Positions 1-8,896 of a stretch of DNA of 48,290 nt are shown here, piece after piece. The DNA comes from Moraxellaceae bacterium (GTDB taxonomy: Bacteria > Pseudomonadota > Gammaproteobacteria > Pseudomonadales > Moraxellaceae). The position numbers were made by a program, and so were the translations under genes. The notes under the pieces were generated by a model. That model saw nothing but the letters and a program-made list of their open reading frames with translations. It had not been told where the DNA came from and did not search any database. The stretch's first letter is position 1, and every line of letters starts with the position of its first letter. The stretch covers positions 1-48,290 of the forward strand of contig JAUXNL010000009.1 in the NCBI GenBank assembly GCA_030684415.1. Direction: 5' to 3'.

Positions 1-119
1 TCAACGCCGTCGATCCTGCTAGCTACCTCAACGAGGTCATCACCCGGATCGTCCAAGGCCACCCGCAGAGCCAGATCGATCAGCTCATGCCTTGGGAATA
101 TCCCGCTCAGGCCAGGTAG
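1..119 (+). CDS. IS66-family transposase (TnpC), C-terminal fragment cut by the window edge
   Basis: The frame starting at nt 3 gives NAVDPASYLNEVITRIVQGHPQSQIDQLMPWEYPAQAR* (stop 117-119). This resembles the conserved IS66 transposase tail (DP..YL..V..RI..HP...I.ELLPW). Confidence 0.8.
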   Translation, partial: NAVDPASYLNEVITRIVQGHPQSQIDQLMPWEYPAQAR

Positions 120-141
120 AGGGCCTCGGGACAGCGCTTAC
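1..141 (+). mobile_element. Right end of an IS66-family insertion sequence (element continues left of the window)
   Basis: A transposase C-terminus ends at 119. Positions 124-141 read CCTCGGGACAGCGCTTAC, whose reverse complement is GTAAGCGCTGTCCCGAGG. This matches the GTAAGCG-type terminal inverted repeat typical of IS66 elements. Confidence 0.8.
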
Positions 142-243
142 CCTGATCTTTCATCCAGCGCGGACCAGAGTCTCGGCATTGAAAACGCCTTCCAGCGCGG
201 AACTAGATCAAGCGAAAAAGCCTTAGTGGGTCGCGCGTTGACG

Positions 244-1314
244 CTACACCCCAGACGCGGCCTGGCTCCTCGGACCTTCCCCAAATTCGAACGGGAGGGC
301 CAACAATTCATCGTGGATGGCCTGCCAGGGCTGGGTGAAGTCTAGAGCCCGCACGACCACCTCATGGCCGCGGATATTGTATCGGAGCGCTACCGTTCCT
401 CCGACGGCGGGATAGATGAGCGCGCCATCGCAGGGGAGATGGGGTGCGCGAAGGGCCGCATGCTCCAGGTACGCAAAGAGCTGATACAGGTGGCCTGAGC
501 GAACCTTCTCAGAGCCTACCCGCGAGGCCAAAACCTCTTTGTAGAACTTCGCGTCGATCACCACGGTGCGGGCCTTAGATCGCAGCGTTATGTCGGTTTC
601 CATAATCGGCAGGAAGCCGTGGCTGTCTGGCTCAAGCGGGAGGGCGTCCCAAGCCATCTGCTCGCGCGCCACTTTGAAAACGCTCTGCTCGTGGGCATAG
701 AAATTCCGCAGAAAGTCTTCAAAGATGGCCGACATAACCACCTCATTCTTGAGGATATCGGCGAACCGTGAGCCTGCGCCGCCCTCATCTGGCATGTGCG
801 CGTGAAAGGCTAACTCACATAGCTGCATCAGGGGGCGGTACTGGCCCGTATTCCGGGATAGCTGCACGCGGCGAAACAGCTCGGCGCCAAGGCGGATATC
901 GGCGATCCCGCCCATCCGCTGAACCAGGAGACCAAGCTCATGCTTTTGGGCCGGCTCAATTTCGCCGAGGCGCGGCATCGCCCTCGCTGTGGCCTTGATG
1001 ATTTGGTTGTGCAGCACGTCCGGCGTGAGCTCGTCAAACGCGCAAACGACGGCTCCTCGGCGAAGGGTTTGCCCTTTGACAATGTCGTCCAGCAGCAGGC
1101 GGCCGCGCGGGGATCGCGCCTCCTCGCTAAACGACTGGTACCCGCGGTCCAGACCTCGTCGCATGAGGCGGTTCGCACCACTGATCAGCAGGCGGGCCAA
1201 CAGGTTCGGGAGGTCCGGAGAGTCATCGACGCCAACGTCCACCGATCCACCCTCGGGGAACTTCCGCCAGGCGTAGCAGAATAGGTAATAGAGGTTGCGG
1301 ATTGGGATCGTCAT
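244..1314 (-). CDS. mcrC: McrC-like subunit of a 5-methylcytosine-dependent (type IV) restriction system
   Basis: N-terminus MTIPIRNLYYLFCYAW... is typical of McrC. The ATG at 1314 overlaps the mcrB stop (ATGA at 1311-1314), suggesting translational coupling. The gene lies directly downstream of the McrB GTPase gene. Confidence 0.85.
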   Translation of the reverse strand: MTIPIRNLYYLFCYAWRKFPEGGSVDVGVDDSPDLPNLLARLLISGANRLMRRGLDRGYQSFSEEARSPRGRLLLDDIVKGQTLRRGAVVCAFDELTPDVLHNQIIKATARAMPRLGEIEPAQKHELGLLVQRMGGIADIRLGAELFRRVQLSRNTGQYRPLMQLCELAFHAHMPDEGGAGSRFADILKNEVVMSAIFEDFLRNFYAHEQSVFKVAREQMAWDALPLEPDSHGFLPIMETDITLRSKARTVVIDAKFYKEVLASRVGSEKVRSGHLYQLFAYLEHAALRAPHLPCDGALIYPAVGGTVALRYNIRGHEVVVRALDFTQPWQAIHDELLALPFEFGEGPRSQAASGV

Positions 1315-3326
1315 GCGCGGCTTAGCAGCCGACCGCACCACTCTTCAGCTCGGTCGGGGGCGTCGAACCAGTACTCTTCCAAGAGCGGTCGGATTTCCGT
1401 CTCAACGATCCGCGAAAACCACCCTGGGGAGACCAGTCGCCCTTCGGTTGGCGTGAAAAAGCTGTGGCCGATCTGGAAGCCTGGGCCGAGGTTTATCTTG
1501 TCATCAGCAATGGCGGCATTGAGTTCGGTCATCCCCTCGATGACGCCCTGGGCCGTTTGCTGTGAGACCCCGCAGGCAAGCAAGAAGTCCCTGAAAGCAG
1601 GGTTGGAAAAGCCAGGCCGCAGAGCGACGAACGCGAACCGCCGGCGGAGGGCGTAGTCCACCAGCGACAGCGACCGGTCGGCCGTGTTCATCATCCCCAA
1701 AAGGGATACGTTTTTGGGCACGAAGAATGGTGCTGCATCCGCATCGGCGTACGCCAGGCGGGCCGCCCACTCTGATGAGCGCTTGTCATGCTCGATCAGC
1801 AGCATGAGCTCGCCGAAAACCTTGGATAGATTGCCGCGGTTTATCTCGTCGATGATGAAGACGTATGGCCGCTCTGCATCTAGCCGGGCCCGCTTGCAGA
1901 ACCGGTAGAAGATGCCGTCCTTCAGCTCGAAGCCGCCGTCCTTGGTCGGCCGGTAGCCCTGAATGAAGTCCTCGTATCCATAGGACTGGTGGAACTGAAC
2001 GACCTCCACCCGGGCGTCATCCTTTTGCCCCATGAGGGCGTAGGCGAGCCGCCGCGCGATGAAGGATTTCCCGACGCCCGGAGCGCCTTGAAGAACGAGA
2101 TTCTTCTTGTCCTGCCAGATCGAAAGGATGCGTTCGAACTCGGCGCGTTCAATGAACAGGCCATCCATGGCCTCATCGATCGTGTAGGGCGACATGGGTA
2201 CGGTCGCTTCGCTCTCGTCGGCGCCTTTGCCTGGCTGACTTTCGCCAAAGCGCTCCTGCCAGTACGGCTGAGTGAGAAACCAGTCGTAGTCCTGCGGAGC
2301 GTTGTCAAAGACAAAGGCGATCAACTGATCGGCGTACGCGCTCCCCGGCTGGACACGCCAGATCGTCTCCCTCTGCGTGAAGAAATACCATTCGCGGGAA
2401 ACGAATGAGGGGTCCCAGTCGACGGTGACTCTGATGCCGTCACCCGCATTGGCTACAATCGTCCCAGCGGCCTTGATCCGCATCACCGAAGCCGTGGCCC
2501 CCTCAGGATTTGGGAACGGCAGATTGTGCTTTCGGGTGTAGGTGGCCTTGATCGCGATCCGGTCGCCCGGCTTCATTTCCTTGACGGTTTCGAGCGTTGG
2601 CCCGTCATCCCAGCCGTTTTCCCACACCCCATCGCGGATGAACCGCTCGGCGGCATCCTCATCCTTTGGCATAGCGCCAACAAGCCAAACTGGGCGGACT
2701 TCGGATGCTGCAGCCAGGCGGTCATACGCCGTCAGCAAAGCCTCCAGGTCGCGGTTCAGCGCCTCGTCGCTGGGAACGGCAACAGCCGGGTATTCGACGT
2801 AGGCGATGGTGCCGGTTTCATAGTTTTTTGGCCGGCTGTGATCGACCTTTAGGTCAATATCATTGGCCAGGGTGAAGCCCGCGCCTTCGAGTTCCGAAGC
2901 ACTCTCCCGGTACTTCTGGGCTCGCTCCCGCATCGTATTTGCCGCGGCAGTCTGGCCAAGCTTGGCCACTAGCGCCGCTGAGCCCTGGTTGAGGGTTAGG
3001 TAGACTTTGGATAGGTCGCTGGCGACGAGGAGGACGGCATATAGCCCCTCCTGGGTGGTCGTTGTGACCTTGCGGTTCAGGAACGCGACCCAAGGAACTG
3101 TTGCCCAAACCCCCTTGCCTACACTCCATTCAACGACGATGTCTGGCCGCGCCTTCACGCAAGGTAGTGCGGCCAGACCGGCCTGGACGCGTCGGCCCAA
3201 GTCCCAAAGTACAGGGTCGGTCTTGAAGGGCGTTCGCCTCACCTGCCCAAACCGTTCGAGGAACTCCAAGAGTGACTGCTGGATCGGCGCTTTCTCAGCG
3301 CCTTCTTGACCGTCGTCCGCGCTCAC
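1311..3326 (-). CDS. mcrB: McrB-like GTPase with extended N-terminal DNA-reader region (MrcB_N/DUF3578-like plus a second uncharacterised domain)
   Basis: GTG start at 3326. N-terminal VEWSVGKGVWATVPWVAFLNRK...GLYAVLLVASDLSKVYLTLNQG matches the MrcB_N/DUF3578 pattern. AAA+ core: Walker A GAPGVGKS, Walker B/McrB signature FIIDEINRGNLSKVFGEL, and NTAD (NxxD GTP specificity) in GMMNTADRS. Confidence 0.9.
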   Translation of the reverse strand: MSADDGQEGAEKAPIQQSLLEFLERFGQVRRTPFKTDPVLWDLGRRVQAGLAALPCVKARPDIVVEWSVGKGVWATVPWVAFLNRKVTTTTQEGLYAVLLVASDLSKVYLTLNQGSAALVAKLGQTAAANTMRERAQKYRESASELEGAGFTLANDIDLKVDHSRPKNYETGTIAYVEYPAVAVPSDEALNRDLEALLTAYDRLAAASEVRPVWLVGAMPKDEDAAERFIRDGVWENGWDDGPTLETVKEMKPGDRIAIKATYTRKHNLPFPNPEGATASVMRIKAAGTIVANAGDGIRVTVDWDPSFVSREWYFFTQRETIWRVQPGSAYADQLIAFVFDNAPQDYDWFLTQPYWQERFGESQPGKGADESEATVPMSPYTIDEAMDGLFIERAEFERILSIWQDKKNLVLQGAPGVGKSFIARRLAYALMGQKDDARVEVVQFHQSYGYEDFIQGYRPTKDGGFELKDGIFYRFCKRARLDAERPYVFIIDEINRGNLSKVFGELMLLIEHDKRSSEWAARLAYADADAAPFFVPKNVSLLGMMNTADRSLSLVDYALRRRFAFVALRPGFSNPAFRDFLLACGVSQQTAQGVIEGMTELNAAIADDKINLGPGFQIGHSFFTPTEGRLVSPGWFSRIVETEIRPLLEEYWFDAPDRAEEWCGRLLSRA

Positions 3327-3661
3327 TACGCTGCCCCCGCGCCGTCTTGATCGATCATTGAATCCCCCCGAACTGCGCCGGACGGGATGCTAGTTCAATG
3401 GCGACGCCAACGCCAAGGTTGAGGGCCGACCGGCCGCAGTCAGCCGTCACGCAGCGCCACCATCAGGGGGTACTGGCTATCTGTGATGGAGCGATACATC
3501 GCCCCGAAATATCGAGCCGGGCAACACCGGGCGGGTCCGGGGGCTCTAGACCCAATGCCAGAAGGGGCGGGGCCAATTGGCGCTGCGTGACCGTGCGCTT
3601 CCGTTGGGGCGTTCCACAATTCATCGAGCTCAAGCTGCCGATGCCCCGGGATGGGAGATTC

Positions 3662-3835
3662 CCAGGGGGCGACCAGGGGTGGCAGCAGCACATCATATTG
3701 AGCCCGCACTCTTTGAGTTGCCCCAACTGCGACAGGACTCGTTGTCCAGGGGGCAAGACGGTACCCGCCCCCGGGTGAAATTGCCCATGAGCACTCCGGG
3801 GGCGGGGGGCCAGAATGGCAGGGGCCAGGGGGCGA
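3662..3835 (+). repeat. Three direct copies of CCAGGGGGC(G/A)A upstream of the integrase gene
   Basis: CCAGGGGGCGA at 3662-3672, CCAGGGGGCAA at 3746-3756 and CCAGGGGGCGA at 3825-3835, spaced 84 and 79 nt. They lie in the roughly 600-nt non-coding gap between mcrB and int. Confidence 0.6.
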
Positions 3836-3922
3836 TCCGGTGAAAATAGTTTCGCCCCCAACTATCTGAATTTGTTGCCTTTTTCTCTTGCTTGGCATAT
3901 CGAAATCGGCGAGGAACCCGCC

Positions 3923-5110
3923 GTGCCCATAGCCCATCTCACCAAGCGCGTTGTGCAAGATATTCCTCACCCGGAAGCCGGGCAGGTCTTCTATTACGAC
4001 GACCATTTGCGTGGGTTTGGGCTGCGCGTCGGACGCCGATCAAAGGCGTTCTTCTGCGAGGCGATGGTCAGCCGGCGGACGGTAAGGGTCACCATCGGCC
4101 GGTTCCCGGTATGCCGGCCAGAACATGCGCGGAGAGCTGCCTTAGGCCTGCTCGGTCAGATGGCGGAGGGGATCAATCCAAACGCCGCCCGCAAGGCCAC
4201 GGCCGCGAAGTCCATCACGCTGAAGGAGGCCTTCGACGGCTTCTTCGCCGACAAGCCGAAGCTGTCACCGAACACCGTCCCAAACTATCGCCGGACCATC
4301 GACGTTTACCTGGCCGATTGGCAGCGCAGGCCAATCAGCGAGATCACCCGGCAGATGGTCATGGCGCGCCATCGGAAGATCGGCGAGGAGCGTGGCGAGA
4401 CCACCGCCAACAACGTGATGCGGCACCTGCGGTCGATCTACAATCACACCTCGGCCGTGGTGGGGGAGCTTCCTTCGAACCCAGTGGAAATCCTGTCGCA
4501 GGCGCGCGCCTGGACCTCCGAGACCCGCAGACGGACATCGATCGACGAGGCTGCACTTCCCCGCTGGTACCAGGCTGTCCTGGCCCAAGATGAGCGGGTT
4601 CGGGACTTCCTGTTGGTCGCTCTGTTCACCGGGATGCGTCGGTCGGAGATCGCCACTCTTCGCTGGGAGTTTGTCGACCTGGCCGGAGCCACCTTGACCG
4701 TGCCCCGGACCAAGAACGGCGACCCTCTGGTGCTGCCGCTATCGTCGTTTCTGCTGCGACTTCTTCGCTGCCGGCAGTTGGCCGCCTCGGCCTCGCCGTG
4801 GGTGTTTCCTAGTCCCGGGAAGAGCGGACACATCGAGGAACCGAAATCGGCGACGACCCGGGTGGCCGAGGCCTCCGGCGTCTCCTTCACGGTCCATGAC
4901 CTGCGGCGGACCTTCATCACCATCGCCGAGAGCCAAGACATCCCGGCCTACACGCTCAAGCGACTCCTGAACCACCGAACTTCTGGCGATGTGACCGGCG
5001 GCTACATCGTCATCAGCACGGACCGCCTACGTGCGCCCGTGGAGAAAATAGCCGCCCGAATTGAAAGGCTCATCAATGCAAGTAGCGCGCAGTCCGACCG
5101 AGCGGCTTGA
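3923..5110 (+). CDS. int: Tyrosine recombinase / phage-type integrase (P4-like, DUF4102-type N-terminus)
   Basis: GTG at 3923 is preceded by GAGGAA (3911-3916). N-terminus HLTKRVVQDIPHPEAGQVFYYDDHLRGFGLRVG is typical of DUF4102 integrases. Catalytic motifs: FTGMRRSE (Arg), HDLRRTF (H-x-x-R) and LLNHRTSGDVTGGY (His...Tyr). The ORF is open from 3815 but the upstream part looks non-coding. Confidence 0.9.
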   Translation: MPIAHLTKRVVQDIPHPEAGQVFYYDDHLRGFGLRVGRRSKAFFCEAMVSRRTVRVTIGRFPVCRPEHARRAALGLLGQMAEGINPNAARKATAAKSITLKEAFDGFFADKPKLSPNTVPNYRRTIDVYLADWQRRPISEITRQMVMARHRKIGEERGETTANNVMRHLRSIYNHTSAVVGELPSNPVEILSQARAWTSETRRRTSIDEAALPRWYQAVLAQDERVRDFLLVALFTGMRRSEIATLRWEFVDLAGATLTVPRTKNGDPLVLPLSSFLLRLLRCRQLAASASPWVFPSPGKSGHIEEPKSATTRVAEASGVSFTVHDLRRTFITIAESQDIPAYTLKRLLNHRTSGDVTGGYIVISTDRLRAPVEKIAARIERLINASSAQSDRAA

Positions 5111-5705
5111 AGCACGAAAAGACGAGTATGAAGACCTACCGCCAAACCCGATCTACCGTGGATTTGTGGAAGTCTTGATCCTGGCGATTATCGACGCCTA
5201 CCCTGGTACTACGAGCGTAGAACCCCATTCCAAACGTCGCTGGAAGCGCCTCAAGCAGGTGTTCGAGGGGCTCTTCGATGCCAAGCTCGGTGACCGGACA
5301 CTGGCCTGCCGAGACCTGCCGGCGCTGTTAGCTTCGAAGGCCGATCGCCTTGCTGAGGAAGCGCATGCTGTAGCTTTGGAAATGCCCACTGCGGTCGTCT
5401 CAGAACGCCAGTCTGCCAGGCGCGCTGCTCCGCTAGGGCGCAAGCAACAGAACCGATGGGACCTAGACGCACAAGCAGAGCGGCTTCGAAAGGCAGCGCG
5501 TCTGGCAAACGGGAGGCTGCCGGAAAATGGCGACGAGGACGATCTGTCGGCCTACGCGCGATTTTATGGCTTAGGGGGCCTCCACCGTGAGGAGCTGGAC
5601 TGGCTACACGCGCTCTATGACCTTGAAAAAATACTGGAGGAATGGGGCGTGAAGATGAGTGTCGACGTCCGAAAGCTGGGGCTAGCTACCCAGTGGGAAA
5701 AGTAG
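5076..5705 (+). CDS. Hypothetical protein (island backbone)
   Basis: 209-aa ORF from the ATG at 5076, with reasonable codon usage. It sits between int and the AlpA-like gene. No motif recognised. Confidence 0.55.
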   Translation: MQVARSPTERLEARKDEYEDLPPNPIYRGFVEVLILAIIDAYPGTTSVEPHSKRRWKRLKQVFEGLFDAKLGDRTLACRDLPALLASKADRLAEEAHAVALEMPTAVVSERQSARRAAPLGRKQQNRWDLDAQAERLRKAARLANGRLPENGDEDDLSAYARFYGLGGLHREELDWLHALYDLEKILEEWGVKMSVDVRKLGLATQWEK

Positions 5706-5777
5706 CGCAAAAAGCATCCCACCTGCGAACGCACATCGGCGGATATTTGAAAGGCTCCCCCCACTTTGGAGCAATTC

Positions 5778-5990
5778 ATGCATCCCCTCCCCTTTCCGAC
5801 ACTGCTGAACGAGCGGCAGGTCGCGACCCTTCTGAATATCTCGGCATTCTGGCTGCAGCGCCAACGATGGCTCGGTGAAGGCCCTCCATACCTGCGGTAT
5901 GGTCGGGCTATCCGATACGACATTGCAGCCTTAGCTGCCTGGCTTGACGCCCACCGCGTAGCCACTGCCGACGCGGAGGTCGCCCGATGA
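5778..5990 (+). CDS. AlpA-family helix-turn-helix regulator / excisionase-like protein
   Basis: MHPLPFPTLLNERQVATLLNISAFWLQRQRWLGEGPPYLRYGRAIRYDIAALAAWL fits the AlpA/MerR-like small HTH pattern. The stop overlaps the primase start (ATGA at 5987-5990). Confidence 0.75.
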   Translation: MHPLPFPTLLNERQVATLLNISAFWLQRQRWLGEGPPYLRYGRAIRYDIAALAAWLDAHRVATADAEVAR

Positions 5991-8281
5991 GCCCGGTGAC
6001 CAACTTCCTCCAAACCCTCATCGACATGGCCAATCCATGCCGGCATGCGGTTCGACACCCGACCAACGGCTACCTCGCCAAGACCGGTCCGGTCACACCC
6101 CAAAAACTTGGCCTGCATTGCAGCGGCGGAGACAGCCTGTCCATCTACCCCCTCATCGGCGAGGCAACGTCGATTGGCGTCTTCGACCTCGACGACAAGA
6201 CCGGGACCAACGGTGTCGGAAGCGCCTGGGGCGAAGCAGTTCGCATCGCCGACGAGCTAAAGCGGCGCGATGTCCGCAGCTTCGTCCTTGTGTCCGGCGG
6301 CGGCCAAGGCGCGCACGTTTGGGCGGTCTGGAAATCACCACAGAACGCCGCGCTGGTTCGCCGATTCATGGCTGACGTTCTCAGTACATGCGGCTTCAAA
6401 ATTGGCACCGGCGGCGTCGGGGCCAAAGTCGTGGAGGTCTTTCCCAAACAGGACCGGGAGGGTGAGAAAGGTGGCAACTGCATTGCGCTCCCGTTCGGCA
6501 GACAATCACGCCCGCTGGACCCTGAAACTGGGAACCCGATTCCGTTGGACCAGTGGTCCGTGCCCGAGATTGGAGACCTGCTGAATTCTGACCTGGACCC
6601 GTCGCGCTACCCGCCGCCGCTACCTACCAGGGCACCTACCGCTGCTTCCGCGCCTGTGTCGTCAAAGGTCATTGCCGGCCTCCTGGCGGCCATCCCCGCC
6701 GACGACTACGCCGTGTGGATCAAGGTGGGTATGATCCTGAAGGCGTGGGCGGGCGACGAGGACGATGGATTGGAACGCTGGACCAAATGGTCTCAAGGGT
6801 CCGATGCCTTCGACAGCGACGAAGACTGCGAACGGAAATGGCGGACGTTTGAATCAGACGGACGGCTTGGTGTCGGCAGCCTTTTCCATATGGCCAAAGA
6901 GCATGGCTGGACGGCCGACGAGGACAAGGATGCAGAGGTCGATGAGCTAAATCAGCGATTCGGCATCCTGACCGCCGGCAATGCCACCCTGATCATCGAA
7001 AAGGACCCCGAGTTCGGCCGAGATGAACCGATATCGTTCCTGTCAGTGAGGACATTTCGTGACCGAGTGCGGGCCGAACCTAGTGTGCTCGCCTCGCGAA
7101 CCAATGATCGGAAATCCAAGGGCGATGTCTGGATGGCTCACCCTAGAGCTTCTCACTACCACGCCGTGGATTTCGACCCGTCCAGCCCGCCGGGCGACAA
7201 CGGCCGTCGCTGGAATATGTGGCGGGGCTTCAAAGTCATGCCCAGGCCCGGAGACTGGTCGAAGTTCCGAGCCTTCATTTACGAGGTCCTTGCGGACGGC
7301 GACGCTGAGCGCGGCGAGTGGATCATCAATTGGATGGCCCTGAGCGTCCAGCGACCTTCCGACCCCATCGGCACAGCACTAGTTCTGTCCGGGCCTCCGG
7401 GAATCGGAAAGGGCTTTTTCGCCAATCAATTCGGGCACCTCTGGCTTCCCCACATGATCGCTATCACTCAGCCCGAGCACGTGACCGGACGGTTCAACAG
7501 CTTCATGGTGGGGCGGCGGGTGATCTTCATTGACGAAGGCGTCTTTGGGGGCGACCGCTCCAAGGCGGGCACACTCAAAACCCGGATCACCGAGCCGTTC
7601 GTCATGCTCGAACGCAAGGGCGTCGACGCCATCAAGATGCCGAACCGGGCGGTTTATATAGTTGCTTCGAACGAGGAGGCGATCGTCCCGGCTGACCTCG
7701 GGGATCGGCGGTGGATGGTGTTGCAGGTCTCGACGATCAAGCGAGAAGACCATGCGTACTTTCGCGAGATCGCTGCGGAACTAGAGGCCGGCGGCTACGA
7801 GGCCATGCTCTACGATCTTCTGACGCATGACGTCTCGGCGGGACCTGATCCGCGGAAGATCTTGAAGGGACCCGAGCTCTTCGAGCAGATGATCCGTTCC
7901 GCCAACCCCTATGTGCGTTATCTTCACGGGCTACTCGAATGCGGCCGGCTTCCGCACTATGAATCTGGAGCGCCCAACACCACCTGCATCGCCGCTTTGT
8001 GGGACGAGTTTCGCACCAAGCAAGGTCGGCCGACTCATACAAACGATAGTCAACTCGCCAAGACCCTTAAGAAGGCCATCGGCGTACGCTCGCTAGGGCA
8101 GGTCGGCCGCTTTGCTGGTCCGGGGGGCGCAGCGGAGCGATCGACCAACTACCAGTTTCCGCCGCTGGCGATTGCTCGTCGGGCTTTCGAAGGTCATGTC
8201 GGGATGGTCGTGCAATGGGAGAACGACCTTTCCGAATGGCAGGCAGACTCCGACATGAGCGTGATTGGCGACGACGCGTAG
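5987..8281 (+). CDS. Prim-pol / PriCT-2 / DUF5906 (D5/P4-alpha-like SF3) primase-helicase
   Basis: N-terminal prim-pol motifs GVFDLDD and VSGGGQGAHVWAVW. PriCT-2-like IPADDYAVWIKVGMILKAW...WTKWSQGS...KWRTF. Walker A LSGPPGIGKG and Walker B VIFIDEG of the phage/plasmid primase P4-family C-terminal NTPase. Confidence 0.85.
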   Translation: MSPVTNFLQTLIDMANPCRHAVRHPTNGYLAKTGPVTPQKLGLHCSGGDSLSIYPLIGEATSIGVFDLDDKTGTNGVGSAWGEAVRIADELKRRDVRSFVLVSGGGQGAHVWAVWKSPQNAALVRRFMADVLSTCGFKIGTGGVGAKVVEVFPKQDREGEKGGNCIALPFGRQSRPLDPETGNPIPLDQWSVPEIGDLLNSDLDPSRYPPPLPTRAPTAASAPVSSKVIAGLLAAIPADDYAVWIKVGMILKAWAGDEDDGLERWTKWSQGSDAFDSDEDCERKWRTFESDGRLGVGSLFHMAKEHGWTADEDKDAEVDELNQRFGILTAGNATLIIEKDPEFGRDEPISFLSVRTFRDRVRAEPSVLASRTNDRKSKGDVWMAHPRASHYHAVDFDPSSPPGDNGRRWNMWRGFKVMPRPGDWSKFRAFIYEVLADGDAERGEWIINWMALSVQRPSDPIGTALVLSGPPGIGKGFFANQFGHLWLPHMIAITQPEHVTGRFNSFMVGRRVIFIDEGVFGGDRSKAGTLKTRITEPFVMLERKGVDAIKMPNRAVYIVASNEEAIVPADLGDRRWMVLQVSTIKREDHAYFREIAAELEAGGYEAMLYDLLTHDVSAGPDPRKILKGPELFEQMIRSANPYVRYLHGLLECGRLPHYESGAPNTTCIAALWDEFRTKQGRPTHTNDSQLAKTLKKAIGVRSLGQVGRFAGPGGAAERSTNYQFPPLAIARRAFEGHVGMVVQWENDLSEWQADSDMSVIGDDA

Positions 8282-8310
8282 ACGACACACGCGGCGACCT
8301 GCAGGCCTGC

Positions 8311-8355
8311 AAGGGGCACTGGCCAAACACCCTGGCCGGTGCCCCTTGGTTTTGG
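8311..8355 (+). terminator. Rho-independent terminator downstream of the primase-helicase gene
   Basis: AAGGGGCAC-T-GGCC (8311-8324) pairs with GGCC-G-GTGCCCCTT (8334-8347) around the loop AAACACCCT. It is followed by GGTTTTGG. Confidence 0.7.
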
Positions 8356-8896
8356 TGGTGCGCTATTGAACCTCATGTTTTTCAGGAATTGGTTAGTATG
8401 CCTTGCTCGCCTGCAGCTCTCAGCCACCCCGACAATTTGACTTGATGCTCAAGCCTCGAGCACCGGCAGAAATGTCGACGCCGACGACCCGGTTCATGCT
8501 GCTCAGGCGAATCGGACCCTCAGCGACGGCCGGCAGTGTGGATGGGCATCACGACCGGGCCGCCGGGCTAGAACACCCCCGTGCTGACCGCCGCTAAAGG
8601 CCCACCAGGCCCCTCGCCGCAGGTGCCGGCTACCCCAACCACCCCAGGCCATGCCCGCCCGCCCTGCGGCAAGCCTGGCGTTCCGGGGTCTGTTTTCGGG
8701 CGATGCGGGCATCGCGGGCCAAATCGAGCCTCCGGGGCGGCTCTCGACCGCTACCCAGCGTGTTGCATCAGACCCGCCAAGGGGGCACGAAACCAACGTC
8801 AGCAACAACCCGCAGCGAGCCGCTGTGGACGGCGCGCCGGTGGGGCGCCAACCTGACGAGCCAATCGCCCATCCGCCCGAGACCCGTTCCGCCCAC

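Noticed and set aside
154-201. 11-bp direct repeat TCCAGCGCGGA (154-164 and 191-201) between the IS66 end and mcrC
   Set aside because: It is short and GC-rich, could arise by chance, and has no associated structure or known motif.
3398-4006. Several 88-188-aa ORFs on both strands between mcrB and int
   Set aside because: They are mutually overlapping, low complexity, and located in a region with repeat and G-run structure. It is more plausibly a regulatory or att region.
8651-8896. In-frame 82-codon upstream extension of the methyltransferase ORF
   Set aside because: It is Pro/Ala/Arg-rich with no homology-like features. C5-methyltransferases normally start just before motif I, which is where the ATG at 8897 lies. 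The 8356-8896 region is treated as a non-coding leader.
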